Shown here one piece after another: positions 1 to 14,300 of a DNA stretch of 64,000 nucleotides (its first letter is position 1; every line of letters begins with the position of its first letter). The stretch comes from Mobula hypostoma (Eukaryota): the NCBI RefSeq assembly GCF_963921235.1, contig NC_086110.1:9610001-9674000 (forward strand), given 5' to 3'. A model generated the notes under the pieces. The model was not told the DNA's origin, did no database searches, and saw nothing but the letters and a program-made list of their open reading frames with translations. The position numbers were made by a program, and so were the translations under genes.

Positions 1-440
1 GTGTTTAGCAGTATTTGATTTGCTTTTTAGCTGGTTCAGCATAACAGTGTGGACCAAATGGCCTGTTTTTGTGTTATACTGTTTGATGTTATATGATTTC
101 GAATGTTGAAAGGCATGGACAGAGTGGATGTGGCAAAGTTGTTTCCCATGATGGGGGTGTCTAGTACCAGAGGGCATGACTTGCGAAGAAATTATTTCAG
201 TCAGAGGGTGGTGACTCTATAGAATTTGCTGCCACGGGCAGCAGTGGAGGCCAAATCATTCGGTGTATTTAAAGCAGAGATTTATCTGAGTAGCCAGGGC
301 ATCAGAGGTTATGGTGAGAAGGCGGGGGAGTGGGGCTAAATGGGAGAATGGATCAGCTCATGATAAAATGGAGAAGCAGACTCGATGGGCCGAATGGTCG
401 ACTTCTCCTCCTTTGTCTTATGGTCTTATGGTCTATTCTA
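1..440 (+). mobile_element. CR1 LINE 3' fragments
   Basis: Matches the C-terminal ORF2 and 3'UTR of the longer CR1 copies in this window (ttcagtcagagggtggtga, gatgggccgaatgg, tcttatgg tail repeats). Confidence 0.75.
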
Positions 441-606
441 TATATTCGAACCTGGCCAGGGAGAGACCGTGATCAACAGCTCTGATCAAGGCAGAAGAGG
501 GCTGAAACCGGCAGGCACGTAAGGGGACGTGGAAGCTCATAATTTTTACTAAAAAAATTTCCCTGTCCCCTAAAACCCTCACTAATTTTTAAAGATACAC
601 CGTAGA

Positions 607-3600
607 TTGCTACCTGTGTTACATGCCAGTGAGGGTAGGAATAGGATGCTCTGGAGGATGAACAAGTGGCTGAGGAACTGGTGTAGGGGACAGGGTTTCA
701 GATTTCAGCATAATTGGGACCTCTTCTGGGGCAGGTGGAACCTGTACAAGAGAGACGGGTTACACATGAACAACAGGGGGACCAATATCCTTTCAGGGAG
801 GTTTGTTAGTGCTATTGGGTAGGCTTTAAACTAGATTTGCAGGGGCATGGGAACCAAACTGCCAGAGCAGACAGTGTGGCTGGGGTGAAAATAAATGCTG
901 TTAAAAGTTCAAGCAAATCCGCTAATAGAAAGGTTGTGAGTGGTGGTAAAAATCTTCTGAGGTGTATATATTTCAATGCTAGGAGTATTGCGGGGAAGGC
1001 GGATGAGATGAGGGCGTGGATTGACACATGGAATTATGACGTTATAGCAATTAGTGAAACTTGGCTACAGGAGGGGCAGGACTGGCAGCTTAATATTCCA
1101 GGGTTCCAATGTTTCAGATATAATCGAGGCAGAGGAATGAAAGGTGGGGAAGTAGCATTACTTGTTAGGGAAAATATTACAGCAGTGCTCAGGCAGGACA
1201 GATTAGAGGCTTGTCTACTGAGTCCTTATGGGTGGAGCTGAGAAACAGGAAAGGTATGGCCACATTAGTGGGATTGTATTACAGACTACCCAATAGTCAA
1301 CAAGAATTGGAAGAGCAAATCTGCAGGGAAATAGCAGGCAACTGCAGGAAACATAAAGTTGTGGTGGTAGGGGATTTTAATTTTCCATATATTGATTGGG
1401 ACTCTCATACTGTTAGGGGTCTAGATGGTTTAGACTTTGTAAAATCTGTTCAGGAAAGTTTTCTAAATCAATATATAGAGGGACCAACTAGAGGGGATGT
1501 AATATTGGATCTCCTGTTAGGAAACGAGTTAGGACAAGTGACGGAAGTCTGTGTAGGGGAGCACTTTGGTTGCAGTGATCATAACACCATTAGTTTCAAC
1601 TTGATCATGGACAAGTATAGATCTGGTCCTAGGGTTGAGGTTTTTAACTGGAAAAGGCCAAATTTGAAGAAATGAGAAAGGATCTAAAAAGCGTGGATTG
1701 GGACAGGTTGTTCTCTGGCAAGGATGTGATCGGTAGGTGGGAAGCCTTCAAAGGAGAAATTTTGAGAGTGCAGAATTTACATGTTCCTGTCAGGATTAAG
1801 GGCAAAGTGAATACGAATAAAGAACCTTGGTTCTCAAGGGATATTGCAACTCTGAAAAAGAAGAAGAAGGAGTTGTATGACATGTATAGGAAGCAGGGAG
1901 TAAATAAGGTGCTTGTGGAGTATAAGAGGTGCAAGAAAATATTTAAGAAAAAAATCAGGAGGGCTAAAAGAAGACATGAAGTTGCCTTGGCAGTCAAAGT
2001 GAAGGATAATCCAAAGAGCTTTTACAGTTATATTAAGAGCAAAAGGATTGTACGGGATAAAATTGGTCCTCTTGAAGATCAGCGTGGTCGGCTATGTCCG
2101 AAACCAAAGGAAATGGGGAAGATCTTAATTAGGTTTTTTGCATCTGTATTTACTAAGGAAACTGGCATGAAGTCTATGGAATTAGGGGAAACAATTAGTG
2201 AGATCATGGAAACTGTGCAGATCGAAAAGGAGGAGGTCCTTGGTATCTTGAGGAATATTAAAGTGGATAAATCCCCGGGACCTGACAGGGTGTTCCCTCG
2301 AACCTTGAAGGAGACTAGTGTTGAATTTGCAGGGGCCCTGGCAGAAATATTTAAAATGTCGCTGTCTACAGGTGAGGTGCCGAAGGATTGGAGCGTGGCT
2401 CATGTTGTTCCGTTGTTTAAAAAAGGATCGAAAAATAATCCGGGAAATTATAGGCCGGTAAATTTAACGTTGGTAGTAGGTAAATTATTGGAGGGAGTAC
2501 TAAGAGACAGAATCTACAAGCATTTGGATAGACGGGGACTTATTAGGGAGAGTCAACATGGCTTTCTGCGTGGTAGGTCATGTTTGACCAATCTATTAGA
2601 GTTTTTCGAGGAGGTTACCAGGAAAGTGGATGAAGGGAAGGCAGTGGATATTGTCTACATGGACTTCAGTAAGGCCTTTAACAAGGTTCCGCATGGGAGG
2701 TTAGTTAGGAAAATTCAGTCGCTAGGTATACATGGAGAGGTGGTAAATTGGATCAGACATTGGCTCAATGGAAGAAGCCAAAGAGTGGTAGTAGAGAATT
2801 ACTTCTCCGAGTGGAGGCCTGTGACTAGTGGTGTGCCACAGGGATCAGTGCTGGGTCCATTGTTATTTGTCATCTATATCAAAGATCTGGATGATAATGG
2901 GGGAAATTGGATCAGCAAATTTGCTGATGATACAAATATTGGAGGTGTACTAGACAGCAAGGAAGGTATTCAGAGCCTGCAGAGTGACTTGGACCAGCTG
3001 GAAAAATGGGTTGCAAAATGACAGATGGAGTTTAATGCAGACAAGTGTGAGGTATTTCACGTTGGAAGGACAAACCAAGGTAGAACATACAGGGTTAATG
3101 GTAAGGCACTGAGGAGTGCAGTGGAACACAGGGATCTGGGAATACAGATACAAAATTCCCTAAAGGTGGCGTCACAGGTAGATAGGGTCGTAAAGAGAGC
3201 TTTTGGTACATTGGCCTTTATTAATCAAAGTATTGAGTATAAGAGCTGGAATGTTATCATGAGGTTGTATGAGGCCGAATCTGGAGTATTGTGTTCAGTT
3301 TTGGTCACCAAATTACAGGAAGGACATAAATAAGGTTGAAAGAGTGCAGAGAAGGTTTACAAGAATGTTGCCGGGACTTGAGAAACTCAGTTACAGAGAA
3401 AGTTTGAATAGGTTAGAACTTTATTCCCTGGAGCGTAGAAGAATGAGGGAGATTTGATAGAGGAATATAAAATTATGATGGGTATAGATAGAGTGAATGC
3501 AAGCAGGCTTTTTCCACTGAGGCAAGGGGAGAAAAAAACCAGAGGACGTGAGTTAAGGGTGAGGGGGGAAAAGTTTAAAGGGAACATGGGGGGGGGGGCT

Positions 3601-3830
3601 TCTTCACACAGAGAGTGGTGGGAGTATGGAATGAGCTGCCAGACGAGGTGGTAAATGAGGGTTCTTTTTTAACATTTAAGAATAAATTGGACAGATACAT
3701 GGATGGGAGGTGTATGGAGGGATATGGTCCGTGTGCAGGTCAGTGGGACTAGGCAGAAAATGGTTCGGCACAGCCAAGAAGTGCCAAAAGGCCTGACTGT
3801 GCTGCAGTTTCTATGGTTTCTATGGTTTCT
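607..3830 (+). mobile_element. CR1 LINE: ORF1 esterase-like tail plus frameshifted ORF2 (APE endonuclease + RT)
   Basis: ORF1 tail (DGLHMNNRGTNIL); EN motifs YFNARSI, ISETWL, GDFNFP, SDHN; RT motifs [32 protein letters not shown] split across 5-6 ORFs; ends in (ttctatgg)n. Confidence 0.93.
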
Positions 3831-4245
3831 AGGGGGCATCACAACCTGGTATGGAAGTTGTCCTGTCGAAGACCAAAAGAAGCTGCAGAAGATCGTGAAC
3901 ACGGCGCAGCACTTTACAATCTTCAGTCCGCGGACTGACTTTACACCGCACGCTGTCGGAGCAGTGCTGCAGGTCGATAAGATGGTTAAGAAGCTTTATG
4001 GAATGCTTGCTTTTATTAGTCGAGGCACTGATTTCAAAAGTCAGGTGTTTATGTCGCAAATACCCAGTCAACAGACTTTTCGTCCCTCTTCCCTCCGGGA
4101 GAAGATTCAGGAGCTTGAAGACTCGTACGGCCAGATTTGGGAACAGCTTCTTTCCAACTGTGATAAGACTGCTGAACGGATCCTGACCCGGATCTGGGCC
4201 GTACCCTCCAAATATCCGGGCCTCCCTCTCGACATAAGCCGGGAA
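3831..4245 (+). mobile_element. Mosaic of short Rex1/Babar-like and CR1 3' fragments
   Basis: DQKKLQKIVNTAQ and (other frame) LFVPLPSGRRFRSLKTRTARFGNSFFPTVIRLLN are Rex/Babar-type C-termini; VDKMVKKLYGMLAFISRG is CR1. Confidence 0.7.
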
Positions 4246-6897
4246 GATGTGGAATCGATATGGGTAGAGCTGCGTTACACTAAGGGGCAGAAGACGCTGG
4301 TGGGAGTTGTGTACAGGCCACCTAACAGTAGTAGTGAGGTCGGAGATGGTATTAAACAGGAAATTAGAAATGTGTGCAATAAAGGAACAGCAGTTATAAT
4401 GGGTGACTTCAATCTACATGTAGACTGGGTGAACCAAATTGGTAAAGGTGCTGAGGAAGAGGATTTCTTGGAATGTATGCGGGATGGTTTTTTGAACCAA
4501 CATGTCGAGGAACCGACTAGAGAGCAGGCTATTCTGGACTGGGTTTTGAGCAATGAGGAAGGGTTAATTAGCGATCTTGTCGTGAGAGGCCCCTTGGGTA
4601 AGAGTGACCATAATATGGTGGAATTCTTCATTAACATGGAGAGTGACGTAGTTAATTCAGAAACAAAGGTTCTGAACTTAAAGAGGGGTAACTTTGAAGG
4701 TATGAGACATGAATTAGCTAAGATAGACTGGCAAATGACACTTCAAGGATTGACGGTGGATATGCAATGGCAGGCATTTAAAGGTTGCATGGATGAACTA
4801 CAACAATTGTTCATCCCAGTTTGGCAAAAGAATAAATCAAGGAAGGTAGTGCACCCGTGGCTGACAAGAGAAATTAGGGATAGTATCAATTCCAAAGAAG
4901 TAGCATACAAATTAGCCAGAGAAAGTGGCTCACCTGAGGACTGGGAGAAATTCAGAGTTCAGCAGAGGAGGACAAAGGGCTTAATTAGGAAGGGGAAAAA
5001 AGATTATGAGAGAAAACTGGCAGAGAACATAAAAACGGACTGTAAAAGCTTTTATAGATATGTAAAAAGGAAAAGACTGATAAAGACAAATGTAGGTCCC
5101 CTGCAAACAGAAACAGGTGAATTGATTATGGGGAGCAAGGACATGGCAGACCAATTGAATAATTACTTTGGTTCTGTCTTCACTAAGGAGGACATAAATA
5201 ATCTTCCAGAAATAGTAAGGGACAGAGGGTCCAGTGAGATGGAGGAACTGAGCGAAATACATGTTAGTAGGGAAGTGGTGTTAGGTAAATTGAAGGGATT
5301 GAAGGCAGATAAATCCCCAGGGCCAGATGGTCTGCATCCCAGAGTGCTTAAGGAAGTGGCCCAAGAAATAGTGGATGCATTAGTGATAATTTTTCAAAAC
5401 TCGTTAGATTCTGGACTAGTTCCTGAGGATTGGAGGGTGGCTAATGTAACCCCACTTTTTAAAAAAGGAGGGAGAGAGAAACCGGGGAATTATAGGCCGG
5501 TTAGCCTAACTTCGGTGGTGGGGAAACTGCTGAAGTCAGTTATCAAGGATGTGATAACAGCACATTTGGAAAGCGGTGAAATGATCGGACAAAGTCAGCA
5601 TGGATTTGTGAAAGGAAAATCATGTCTGACGAATCTCATAGAATTTTTTGAGGATGTAACTAGTAGAGTGGATAGGGGAGAACCAGTGGATGTGGTATAT
5701 TTGGATTTTCAAAAGGCTTTTGACGAGGTCCCACATAGGAGATTAGTGTGCAAACTTAAAGCACACGGTATTGGGGGTAAGGTATTGGTGTGGGTGGAGA
5801 ATTGGTTAGCAGACAGGAAGCAAAGAGTGGGAATAAACGGGACCTTTTCAGAATGGCAGGCGGTGACTAGTGGGGTACCGCAAGGCTCAGTGCTGGGACC
5901 CCAGTTGTTTACAATATATATTAATGACTTGGATGAGGGAATTAAATGCAGCATCTCCAAGTTTGCGGATGACACAAAGCTGGGTGGCAGTGTTAGCAGT
6001 GAGGAGGATGCTAAGAGGATGCAGGGTGACTTGGATAGGTTGGGTGAGTGGGCAAACTCATGGCAGATGCAATTTAATGTGGATAAATGTGAAGTTATCC
6101 ACTTTGGTGGCAAAAATAGGAAAACAGATTATTATCTGAATGGTGGCCGATTAGGAAAAGGGGAGGTGCAACGAGACCTGGGTGTCATTATACACCAGTC
6201 ATTGAAAGTGGGCATGCAGGTACAGCAGGCGGTGAAAAAGGCGAACGGTATGCTGGCATTTATAGCGAGAGGATTCGAGTACAGGAGCAGGGAGGTACTA
6301 CTGCAGTTGTACAAGGCCTTGGTGAGACCACACCTGGAGTATTGTGTGCAGTTTTGGTCTCCTAATCTGAGGAAAGACATCTTTGCCATAGAGGGAGTAC
6401 AAAGAAGGTTCACCAGATTGATTCCTGGGATGGCAGGTCTTTCATATGAAGAAAGACTGGATGAACTGGGCTTGTACTCGTTGGAATTTAGAAGATTGAG
6501 GGGGGATCTGATTGAAACGTATAAGATCCTAAAGGGATTGGACAGGCTAGATGCGGGAAGATTGTTCCCGATGTTGGGGAGGTCTAGAACGAGGGGTCAC
6601 AGTTTGAGGATAGAGGGGAAGCCTTTTAGGACCGAGGTTAGGAAAAACTTCTTCACACAGAGAGTGGTGAATCTGTGGAATTCTCTGCCATAGCAAACTG
6701 TTGAGGCCAGTTCATTAGCTATGTTTAAAAGGAAGTTAGATATGGCCCTTGTGGCTACAGGGGTCAGGGGGTATGGAGGGAAGGCTGGGTTCTGAGTTGG
6801 ATGATCAGCCATGATCATAATAAATGGCAGTGCAGGCTCGAAGGGCCGAATGGCCTACTCCTGCACCTATTTTCTATGTTTCTATGTTTCTATGTTT
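4246..6897 (+). mobile_element. 5'-truncated young CR1 LINE with uninterrupted ORF2 (partial EN + complete RT)
   Basis: Open from EDVESIWVELR through [34 protein letters not shown] to VVNLWNSLP; 3'UTR gggccgaatggcct and (tatgtttc)n tail at about 6870-6897. Confidence 0.95.
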
Positions 6898-8597
6898 ATT
6901 TTGCACTACCTTACTTCCCATTTTTCTATTTTCTATTTATGATTTATAATTTAAATTTTTAATATTTACTAATTTTAACTATTTTTTAATACTTATGATA
7001 TTTAGTATTTGTAATTCAGGGAGTGTGAAGCGCAGAATCAAATATCGCTGTGATGATTGTACGTTCTAGTACCAATTGTTTGGCGACAATAAAGTATAAT
7101 GTATATTATTCCATCGGGCAGGAGGTACAAAAGCATGATGACCACACCACCAGGCTCAGGAACGGCTACTTCCTTTCAGCCATTCATTTCTTGAACAGTG
7201 CTGCTCACCCCAACCCTACCTTAGCATACCAACACGGTGACCACTTTGCATTGCAATAGACATTAAGAACATTGGACATTACAACACAGTATTAGCCTCA
7301 GATCTATTTAATCCTCCTCTCCTATATAGCTCATTATATCTCTATCATCCATGTGCCTAAGAGTTTCCTAAATGCCCCTAATGTTTCCGCCTCTATCACC
7401 ACCAATAGAAGCACATTCCTCGCACCCAGGACTCTATTAAAAAAAGCAAACTTTTGAGTTTCTACAGCATTTTATGTCTGTTGCTTTGGATTTTCACCAT
7501 CTGCAGATTTTCTCGTTTTTGTGTTATTACTTAAAATAGAACATAGAATAGTACAGCACAATACAGGCCATTCGGCCTACGATGTTGTGCCGACCCTCAA
7601 GCCCTGCCTCCCATATAAGCCCCCAACTTAAATTCCTCCATATAACTGTCCAGTAGTCTCTTAAACTTCACTAGTGTATCTGCCTCAGCACTGACTCAGG
7701 CAGTGCATTCCACGCACCAACCACTCTGTGAGTAAAACACCTTCCTCTAATATCCCCCTTGAACTTCCGATCCCTTACCTTAAAGCCATGTCCTCTTGTA
7801 TTGAGCAGTGGTGCCCTGGGAAGAGGCGCTGGCTATCCACTCTATCTATTCCTCTTGATATCTTGTACTCCTCTATCATGTCTCCTCTCATCCTCCTTCT
7901 CTCCAAAGAGTAAAGCCCTAGCTCCTTTAATCTTTGATCATAATTCATACTCTCTGAACCAGGCAGCATCCTGGTAAATCTCCTCTGCACCCTTTCCAAT
8001 GCTTCCCCATCCTTCCTATAGTGAGGTGACCAGAACTGCACACAGTACTCCAAGTGTGGCCGAATCAGAGTTTTATACAGCTGCATCATTACATCGCGAC
8101 TCTTAAACTCTATCCCTCGACTTGTGAAAGCTAACACATGATAAGCTGTTTTAACTACCGAATGCACCTGTGAGGCAACTTGCAGGGATCTGTGGACATG
8201 TACCCTCAGATTCCTCTGCTCCACCACACTACCACGTATCCTGACATTTAATTTGTACTCTGCCTTGGAGTTTGTCCTTCCAAAGCGTACCACCTCACAC
8301 TTCTCCCGGTTGAACTACATCTGCCACTTCTCAGCCCACTTCTGCATCCTATCAATGTCTCTCTGCAATCTTTGACAATCCTCTACACTACAGCACCAAC
8401 CTTTGTGTCGTTGCAAACTTGACAACCCACCCTTCTACCCCCACATCAAGGTCGTTAATAAAAATCACGAAAAGTAGAGGTCCCAGAACAGATCCTTGTG
8501 GGACACCGCTAGTCACAACCCTCCAATCTGAATGTATTCCCTCCACCACGACCCTACCGTGTGGAACCTTGTCAAATGCCTTACTAAAATCCATATT

Positions 8598-10181
8598 CAA
8601 ACCACATTTCCAGAAAAGTTGGGATATTTTCCAAAATGCAATAAAAACAAAAATCCGTGATATGTTAATTCACGTGAACCTTTATTTAACTGACAAAAGT
8701 ACAAAGAAAAGATTTTCAATAGTTTTACTGACCAACTTAATTGTATTTTGTAAACATACACAAATTTAGAATTTGATGGCTGCAACACGCTCAACAAAAG
8801 TTGGGACAGAGTTAAAATACGATTGAAAAGTTCACAGAATATTCAAGTAACACCGGATTAGAAGAACTCCACATTAAGCAGGCTAATTGGTAGCAGGTGA
8901 GGTATCATGACTGGGTATAAAAGTAGCGTCCATCAAAGGCTCAGTCTTTGCAAGCAAGGATGGGTCGTGGCTCACACCTTTGTGCCAAAATTCGTGAGAG
9001 AATTGTCAGTCAGTTCAAAAGGAACATTTCTCAACGCAAGATTGCAGAGAATTTAGGTCTTTCAACATCTACAGTAGATAATTTTGTGAAAAGATTCAGA
9101 GAATTCAGAGACATCTCAGTGCGTAAAGGGCAAGGTCGGAAACCACTGTTGGATGTGCATGATCTTCGAGCTCTCACGCGGCACTGCCTATGAAACCTTC
9201 ATGCTACTGTGACAATTATAGGCACCTGGGCTCGGGAGTACTTCGGAAAACCATTGCCACTCAACACAGTCTGTCGGTGCATCCAGAAATGCAACTTGAA
9301 ACTGTATTACGCAAGGAGGAAGCCATACATCAACTCTATGCAGAAACGCCGGTGAGTTCTCTGTGCCCGAGCTCATCTCAGACGGACCGAAGGACTGTGG
9401 AACCGTGTGCTGTGGCCAGATGAGTCCACATTTCAGCTAGTTTTCGGAAAAAACAGGCGTCGAGTTATCCGTGCCAAAGATGAAAACGACCATCCAGATT
9501 GTTATGAGCGAAAGGTGCAAAAGCCAGAATCTGTGATGGTATGGGGGTGTTTCAGTGCCCACGGCATGGGTGAGTTTCATGTATGTGAAGGTACCATTGA
9601 CTTTGAGGCGTATATTAGGATTTTAGAAGACAGATATGTTGCCATCAAGGCGACGTCTCTTCCCGGACGTCCATGCTTATTTCAGCAGGACAATGCCAGA
9701 CCACATTCTGCACGGGCTACAACAGCGTGGCTTTGTAGACACAGAGTGCGTGTGCTTGACTGGCCTGCTGCCAGTCCAGATATATCTCCTATTGAAAGTG
9801 TATGGCACATCATGAAGAGGAGAATCAGACAACGGAGACCACGGACTGTTGAGCAGCTGAAGTCTTATATCAAGCAAAAATCTACTACAACTAGTATCCT
9901 CAGTTCCAAAACGATTATAAAGTGTTATTAAAAGGAAAGGTGATGTAACATAAAGGTAAACATGCCTCTGTCCCAACTTTTGTTGAGGGTGTTGCAGCCA
10001 TCAAATTCTAAATTTGTGTATGTTTACAAAATACAATTAAGTTGGTCAGTAAAACTATTGAAAATCTTTTTTTTTTGTACTTTTTTCAGTTAAATAAAGG
10101 TTCACGTGAATTAACATATCACAGATTTTGGTTTGTATTGCATTTTGGAAAATATCCCAACTCTTCTGGAAATGGGGTTTG
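8598..10181 (+). mobile_element. Tc1-family DNA transposon (IR/DR type, DD34E), frameshifted transposase
   Basis: About 215-bp TIRs (caaaccacatttccagaaaagttggga ... tcccaactcttctggaaatggggtttg), each with inner and outer direct repeats; TA at the right end; transposase from ATG 8960 with GRKP, W(P)DESTF, QQDNARPH and SPDISPIE (34 residues between D and E). Confidence 0.95.
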
Positions 10182-11346
10182 TAGATCACATCCACTGCAC
10201 TACCCTCCTCTATATGCCTGGTCATCTACTCAAAGAACTCTATCAGGTTCGTTCGACAGGATCTGCCCTTCGCAAAGCCATGCTGACTGTCCCTGATCAG
10301 ACCATGATTCTCTAAATGCCCCGAGATCCTATCTCTAAGAATCTTTTCCTACAGCTTTCCCACCACTTACGTAAGGCTCACTGGTATATAATTACCCGGA
10401 CTATCCCTACTACCTTTTTTGAACAAGGGGACAACATTCGCCTCCCTCCAATCCTCCGGTACCATTCCCGTGGACAACGAGGACATAAAGATCCTAGCCA
10501 GAGGCTCAGAAATCTCTTCCCTCGCCTGCTGGAGCAGCCGGGGGAATATCCGTTAGGCCCCACGGACTTATCCGTCCTAATGTATTTTAACAACTCCAAC
10601 ACCTCCTCTCCCTTAATGTCAACATGCTGCAGAACATCAACCTCACTCATATTGTCGTCACCATCATCAAGTTCCCTCTCATTGGTGAATACCGAAGAGA
10701 AGTATTCATTGAGTTCCTCTCTCACTTCCACAGCCTCCAGACACATCTTCCCACCTTTATCTCTAATCGGTCCTACCTTCACTCCTGTCATCCTTTTCTC
10801 CTTCACATAGTTGAAGAATGCCTTGGAGTTTTCCTTTACCCTACTCACCAAGGCCTTCTCATGCCCCTTTCTTGCTCTTCTCAGCCCCTTCTTAAGCTCC
10901 TTTCTTGCTTCCCTATATTCCTCAATAGACCCATCTGATCCTTGCTTCCTAAACCTCATGTATGCTGCCTTCTTCCACCTGACTAGATTTTCCACCTCAC
11001 TTGTCACCCATGGTTCATTCACCCTGCCATTCTTTATCTTCCTCACCGGGACAAATTTATCCCCAACATCCTGCAAAAGATCTCTAGACATCGACCACAC
11101 GTCCATAGTACATTTCCCTGCAAGAACATCATCCCAATTCACACCCGCAAGTTCTAGCCTTGTAGCATAATAATTTGCCCTTACCCAAATAAAAATTTTC
11201 CTGTCCTCTCTGATTCTATCCTTTTCCATGATAATGCTAAGGGCCAGGGAGCGGTGGTCACTATCCCCCAGATGCTCACCCACTGAGAGATCTGTGACCT
11301 GACCCGGTTCATTATCTAGTACTAGATCTAGTATGGCATTCCCCCT

Positions 11347-14300
11347 ATTCCTATAGATGCTGCTTGGCCTGCTGCGTTCACCAGCAACTTTGATGTGTGT
11401 TGCTTGAATTTCCAGCATCTGCAGAATTCCTGTTGTTTGCGTTTAAATTCACTACTGCGAAGCCTCTTCCGGTGATGCCTACACCGAAGAAGTTTAGATC
11501 CTCTCTTCGACGGGAGTTCAGTGAAACCATCTCTCACTGCTCCCCATCTGTAATTTCTTCGGCTCTTCAACTTTTCGACCACACTTTGACTCAAACTCGC
11601 TATCACAGCCATGTATCCTTTCTTGGAACGTGCCTCCGTCGCCAACTTACTCCAGTTGGCTTTAGGTTTCGTTTCCAAGCCTCTCAATTTGGACCTTCTG
11701 AGGATCCCAGGTACTCACATTTTATTGACTCTGCCTCTCGCCGCTTCTCCCGTCAAGCTCTGAAGGCGACGCTCTCCGCCATGAGGAGGTACTTGGTGTC
11801 CCTATCCCAGACCCTTCCACACCTTCGGGACACTTTCTTCGCCGTCTGTAATGGTCCGACCCGTTATTTCATCCTCCGTCGGATCCACGCCTGCAATCGC
11901 CGTTTTTTTGACTTTGTCATGTTAGGCAAAGATCGCAAGATCTTACATCTACGGACTCCAGAGCCTGCCGGCCCCGACGCTAGCAGGCATGAACTTTCAA
12001 TTGCGGTCCCTGCCATTGATCTCGACGGCTCCAACACCTCAGGACATATTCAAAACCCGGACTCCAGCAACGACCATGGACACATTCGAAGTGATTACGC
12101 AACCACCAACTGCAACTCCAGCCTTGAACACCAGGCCGGGTCTTTATGTGCTGCTGTTGTGACTCCCGTCTCCCCTTCCCCCACCACCACTCCGCAGCCC
12201 CGTCTTCCTCAGACCCCACCGTCAACTCCTGGGCCCTCAGAGGCTCCATCTTTCTCTCACCCCAACCCTCCCCTCTCCACTGACACCCCCAGCCTCCCCC
12301 CTCCCCCCTCTGATCCCAGTTCTCATCCGTGCCGGGTCTTTACCATCCCCTCCGACCTTCAACTGTCGGAGGCAGAACGCTCTGTTCTCAGTAAGGGCCT
12401 CACCTTTGTCCCCCTTCGCCCACACCTCAGCGAGTTCCGTGTTCGCCACGATGCGGAACTTTTCTTCCGCCGTCTCCGTCTCCGAGCCTACTTCTTCAGC
12501 AAGGACTCTTCCACCCCCACCGATGACCCCTTCTCTCGTCTTCAACCCTCCTCTTCTTCATGGACACCCCGCTCTGGTCTTCTGCCTGCTCTGGATCTCT
12601 TTATTGCCAACTGCCGACGGGACATCAACCGTCTCGACTTCACCGCACCTTGTCCCCATTCCAACCTCACTCCTTCGGAACGCTCTGCTCTCCACTCCCT
12701 CCGCACTAATCCTAACCTTATTATTAAACCCGCTGATAAAGGGGGTGCTGTTGTAGTCTGGCGTACTGACCTCTACCTTGCCGAGGCACAGCGACAACTC
12801 GCGGATACCTCCTCTTATTTACCCCTCGATCGTGACCCCACTAAGGAGCACCAGGCCATTGTCTCCCACACTATCAACGACTTTATCCGCTCAGGGGATC
12901 TCCCATCCACTGCTACCAACCTTATAGTTCCCACACCCTGCACTTCCCGTTTCTACCTCCCACCCAAGATCCACAAACCTGCCTGTCCTGGCCGACCTAT
13001 TGTCTCAGCTTGCTCCTGCCCCACCGAACTCGTTTCTGCATACCTCGACACTGTTTTATCACCCCTTGTTCAATCCCTTCCGACCTATGTTCGTGACACT
13101 TCTCACGCTCTTAAACTTTTCGATGATTTTAAGTTCCCTGGCCCCCACCGCTTTATTTTCACCATGGATGTCCAGTCCTTATATACTTCCATCCCCCATC
13201 AGGAAGGTCTCAAAGCTCTACGCTTCTTTTTGGATTCCAGACCTAATCAGTTCCCCTCTACCACCACTCTGCTCCGTCTAGCGGAATTAGTCCTTACTCT
13301 TAATAATTTCTCCTTTTGCTCCTCCCATTTCCTCCAAACTAAAGGTGTAGCTATGGGCACCCGTATGGGTCCTAGCTATGCCTGCCTTTTTGTTGGCTTT
13401 GTGGAACAATCTATGTTCCGTGCCTATTCTGGTATCTGTCCCCCACTTTTCCTTCGCTACATCGACGACTGCATTGGCGCTGCTTCCTGCACGCATGCAG
13501 AACTCGTTGACTTTATTAACTTTGCCTCCAACTTTCACCCTGCCCTCAAGTTTACCTGGTCAATTTCCGACACCTCCCTCCCCTTTCTAGATCTTTCTGT
13601 CTCTGTCTCTGGAGACAGCTTATCCACTGATGTCTACTATAAGCCTACTGACTCTCACAGCTATCTGGACTATTCCTCTTTTTACCCTGTCTCTTGCAAA
13701 AACGCCATCCCCTTCTCGCAATTCCTCCGTCTCCGCCGCATCTGCTCTCAGGATGAGGCTTTTCATTCTAGGACGAGGGAGATGTCTTCATTTTTTAAAG
13801 AAAGGGGCTTCCCTTCCTCCACTATCAACTCTGCTCTTAAACGCATCTCCCCCATTTCACGTACATCTGCTCTCACTCCATCCTCCCACCACCCCACTAG
13901 GAATAGGGTTCCCCTGGTCCTCACCTACCACCCCACCAGCCTCCGGGTCCAACATATTATTCTCCGTAACTTCCGCCACCTCCAACGGGATCCTACCACT
14001 AAGCACATCTTTCCCTCCCCCCCCCTCTGCATTCCGCAGGGATCGCTCCCTACACAACTCCCTTGTCCATTCGTCCCCCCCCATCCCTCCCCACTGATCT
14101 CCCTCCTGGCACTTATCCGTGTAAGCGGAACAAGTGCTACACATGCCCTTACACTTCCTCCCTTACCACCATTCAGGGCCCCAAACAGTCCTTCCAGGTG
14201 AGGCATCACTTCACCTGTGAGTCGACTGGGGTGATATATTGCGTCCAGTGCTCCCGATGTGGCCTTTTATATATTGGTGAGACCCGACGCAGACTGGGAG

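Noticed and set aside
11397-11475. N-terminal extension of the 934-aa Penelope ORF
   Set aside because: Starts at a non-ATG codon inside the pseudo-LTR; the first ATG is near 11476
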